Assembly (NCBI GenBank): GCA_963748405.1
Contig: CAVVIT010000002.1
Coordinates: 276,976-340,975 of the forward strand
Length of the DNA: 64,000 bases
DNA from: Ignavibacteriota bacterium
GTDB taxonomy: Bacteria > Bacteroidota > Ignavibacteria > UBA10030 > UBA6906
Direction: 5' to 3'
Of this stretch, positions 61,902-64,000 are shown piece after piece (the stretch's first letter is position 1; every line of letters begins with the position of its first letter). The position numbers and the translations under genes were made by a program. The notes beneath the pieces were generated by a model that ran no database searches, was not told the origin of the DNA, and was given only the letters and a program-made list of their open reading frames with translations.

Positions 61902-63629
61902 ATGCTGAAGACACTCTTCATAAAGAACTACGCCCTGGTTGAAGAGCTCACCGTCGAGTTCTCGAACGGCCTTGTCATCATCACGGGGGAAACGGGTTCC
62001 GGGAAGTCGATCATCATCGATGCCCTCGGCCTCGTTCTCGGCTCGCGCGCCAGCGCGGACGTCGTCCGGAAGGGGGCGGACCGCTCCGTCGTCGAGGGAA
62101 CGTTCCACATCGCGGGAAACAAAAAGCTGGCGCAGATCCTCTCGGAGAACGGCATCGAGAGGGCCGACGAGCTCATCATCCGGCGCGAAGTCTCGTCGAA
62201 GGGGCAGAGCAGGTGCTTCATCGCCGACAGCCCGGCGACGCTCACGCTCTTGAAGCAGGTGGGGGAATTGCTCGTGGATCTTCACGGTCAGCACGAGCAC
62301 CAGTCGCTTCTGCGGATCGAGACCCACGTCGCGATGCTGGACGATTTCGGAGGACTGGACGGCATCGTGGCCGAGTTCCAGGCGGCGCGGAAGAAGCTGA
62401 AGGGGATCGGCGCGGAGCTGGACGACCTTCGCAGGAGGGAACGGCAGCTCGCGGAAAAGAGGGAATTCTACGAGTTCCAGATCGCCGAGATCGACGCGCT
62501 CGCCCCGCGCGCCGGGGAGGAGGAGGATCTGGAGCGGGAGCTGAAGATCCTCGAAAACTCCGAGAAGCTTTTTGCGATCACCGGGAACCTGTACGGGACG
62601 CTGTACGACGGAGAGCAGTCCGTCCATGATCTCCTTGTCATCGTCCGGAACCAGCTTCAGGACATCGCGGGAATCGACAGCCAGTTCGCCGATGCGGCGA
62701 AGGAATGCGCGTCCGCCGAGGCGGTCGTGAGCGAGCTTGCCAAGTTTATCCAGGGGTACAACGCGCGGGTCGAATTCAACCCGGAGCGGCTTGACATCCT
62801 GCGTGACCGGCTGGGGAAACTGGCATTCCTGAAGAGGAAATACGGCGGTTCCGTCGGGAGCATGCTCGCCCACAGGGAGAAAATCGGCCAGGAGGTTCTC
62901 CTCGCCGAGAATTTCAACGAGATCATCGCCCGCCTCACGCACGACCTCGAGGAGGCGCGCACCGAATGCGGCGCGATCGCGGGGCGCCTTTCCGCGAAGC
63001 GGCACGACACGGCGAAGAAGGTGGACGGCGCCGTGGCCGAGGAGCTGGCGAAACTCGGCGTGCCCCGCGCCAGGTTCACGACGCGGATCCTCCAGGCGGA
63101 ACTCCCCGCAGGAGGGAGCCCCGGGGAGGACGACTTCGTGGGGGCCGGAAGAAAGAAGCTCCGGCTCAACGCGCGGGGATACGACGACGTGGAGTTCTTC
63201 ATCTCCACGAATCTCGGGGAGGAGGAGATGCCCCTCGTGCGCGTCGCCTCCGGCGGGGAAGTCTCCCGCATCATGCTTGCGCTCAAGAGCATACTCGCCA
63301 AGTCGGACCGGCTCCCGGTGCTTATATTCGACGAGATCGACGTCGGCGTCAGCGGCCGCGTCGCGCAGGCCGTCGGCCGGAGCCTGAAGAGCCTCTCGAA
63401 TTTCCACCAGGTCATCGCCATCACGCACCTCCCGCAGATCGCGGGGCTCGCCGACGCGCATTTCGCCGTGGAGAAGAAAGAACGCGGGTCGAGGACGACC
63501 ACCGGGATGCGCCGGCTTTCGCTCGACGAGCAGGTGCACGAAGTGGCACGGCTGCTGAGCGGCGCCGAAGTGACGGACGCCGGTCTCTCGGGCGCGCGGG
63601 AGCTCATGGGACTCGCCCGCACCCCCTGA
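61902..63629 (+). CDS. recN: DNA repair protein RecN
   Basis: Walker A GETGSGKS, SMC-like coiled coil, C-terminal signature and Walker B (LIFDEIDVGVSG). Confidence 0.9.
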   Translation: MLKTLFIKNYALVEELTVEFSNGLVIITGETGSGKSIIIDALGLVLGSRASADVVRKGADRSVVEGTFHIAGNKKLAQILSENGIERADELIIRREVSSKGQSRCFIADSPATLTLLKQVGELLVDLHGQHEHQSLLRIETHVAMLDDFGGLDGIVAEFQAARKKLKGIGAELDDLRRRERQLAEKREFYEFQIAEIDALAPRAGEEEDLERELKILENSEKLFAITGNLYGTLYDGEQSVHDLLVIVRNQLQDIAGIDSQFADAAKECASAEAVVSELAKFIQGYNARVEFNPERLDILRDRLGKLAFLKRKYGGSVGSMLAHREKIGQEVLLAENFNEIIARLTHDLEEARTECGAIAGRLSAKRHDTAKKVDGAVAEELAKLGVPRARFTTRILQAELPAGGSPGEDDFVGAGRKKLRLNARGYDDVEFFISTNLGEEEMPLVRVASGGEVSRIMLALKSILAKSDRLPVLIFDEIDVGVSGRVAQAVGRSLKSLSNFHQVIAITHLPQIAGLADAHFAVEKKERGSRTTTGMRRLSLDEQVHEVARLLSGAEVTDAGLSGARELMGLARTP

Positions 63630-63674
63630 CGCCGCACATCATCACCTGAATCGCACTCGCATACACACCAGACA

Positions 63675-64000
63675 ATGGCACTCCAGGTCTACAACACGCT
63701 GCACCGCCGGAAAGAGCTCTTCACGCCGCTGCACGAAGGATACGTCGGCATGTACGTCTGCGGGCCCACCGTGTACGGCCATTCGCACCTCGGACACGCG
63801 AAAAGCTACGTCTCGTTTGACGTCATCGTCCGGTATCTCCGGCACGCCGGGAACCGGGTTCTCTACGTGCAGAACATCACGGACGTCGGGCACCTGACCG
63901 ACGACGCGGACCAGGGGGAGGACAAGATCACGCGGCAGGCGGGCATCGACAGGATCCATCCGATGCAGCTTGCCGAGACGTATACACGGAGCTACTTCGA
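63675..64000 (+). CDS. cysS: cysteine--tRNA ligase, 5' partial (runs off the window)
   Basis: [16 protein letters not shown]...[17 protein letters not shown] is the HIGH-motif N-terminus of CysRS; no stop before the window end. Confidence 0.85.
   Translation, partial: MALQVYNTLHRRKELFTPLHEGYVGMYVCGPTVYGHSHLGHAKSYVSFDVIVRYLRHAGNRVLYVQNITDVGHLTDDADQGEDKITRQAGIDRIHPMQLAETYTRSYF

Overview
This 64 kb window is high-GC (roughly two-thirds G+C), gene-dense and mostly on the plus strand, and it looks like a core-genome region of an FCB-group-like bacterium rather than an island. The taxonomic guess rests on an atpZ-atpBEFHAG cluster without atpDC, canonical sigma70 promoters, and many lipoproteins and TPR proteins. 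I call 61 protein-coding genes. Most are housekeeping: pyrF, larE, yggS, divIVA, PNP, ileS, dksA/traR-like, lspA, rluD, rlmN, adk, tmk, ctp, murA, eno, PGM/PMM, rlmD, F0F1 ATP synthase a/c/b/delta/alpha/gamma, ffh, rpsP-KH-rimM-trmD-rplS, mqnA, recN and a partial cysS. I found no rRNA, tRNA, CRISPR array, transposase or integrase, and no recognisable defence system. The ordered observations worth a second look are: (1) three tandem paralogous ~437-aa lipoproteins at 56.9-60.9 kb, immediately downstream of the rplS operon, each carrying a carboxypeptidase-regulatory-like beta-sandwich and conserved N- and C-terminal modules; (2) an ABC-F ATPase broken by a 1-nt frameshift inside a G7 run that falls exactly in the second LSGGE signature; (3) an ECF sigma factor followed by a signal-peptide-bearing DUF4097 protein instead of a classical transmembrane anti-sigma factor; (4) a TPR-CHAT lipoprotein whose CHAT domain appears to have lost both catalytic residues; (5) a polytopic membrane protein with an HExxH motif and TPR repeats lying between murA and a heptosyltransferase; (6) an M23 peptidase-bactofilin pair behind a textbook TTGACA-17-TATACT promoter, immediately upstream of the atp operon; (7) ribosomal protein S16 with an Ala/Pro tail encoded by 15-bp tandem repeats. 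Function calls come from motif-level recognition of the translated ORFs, with no database searches.
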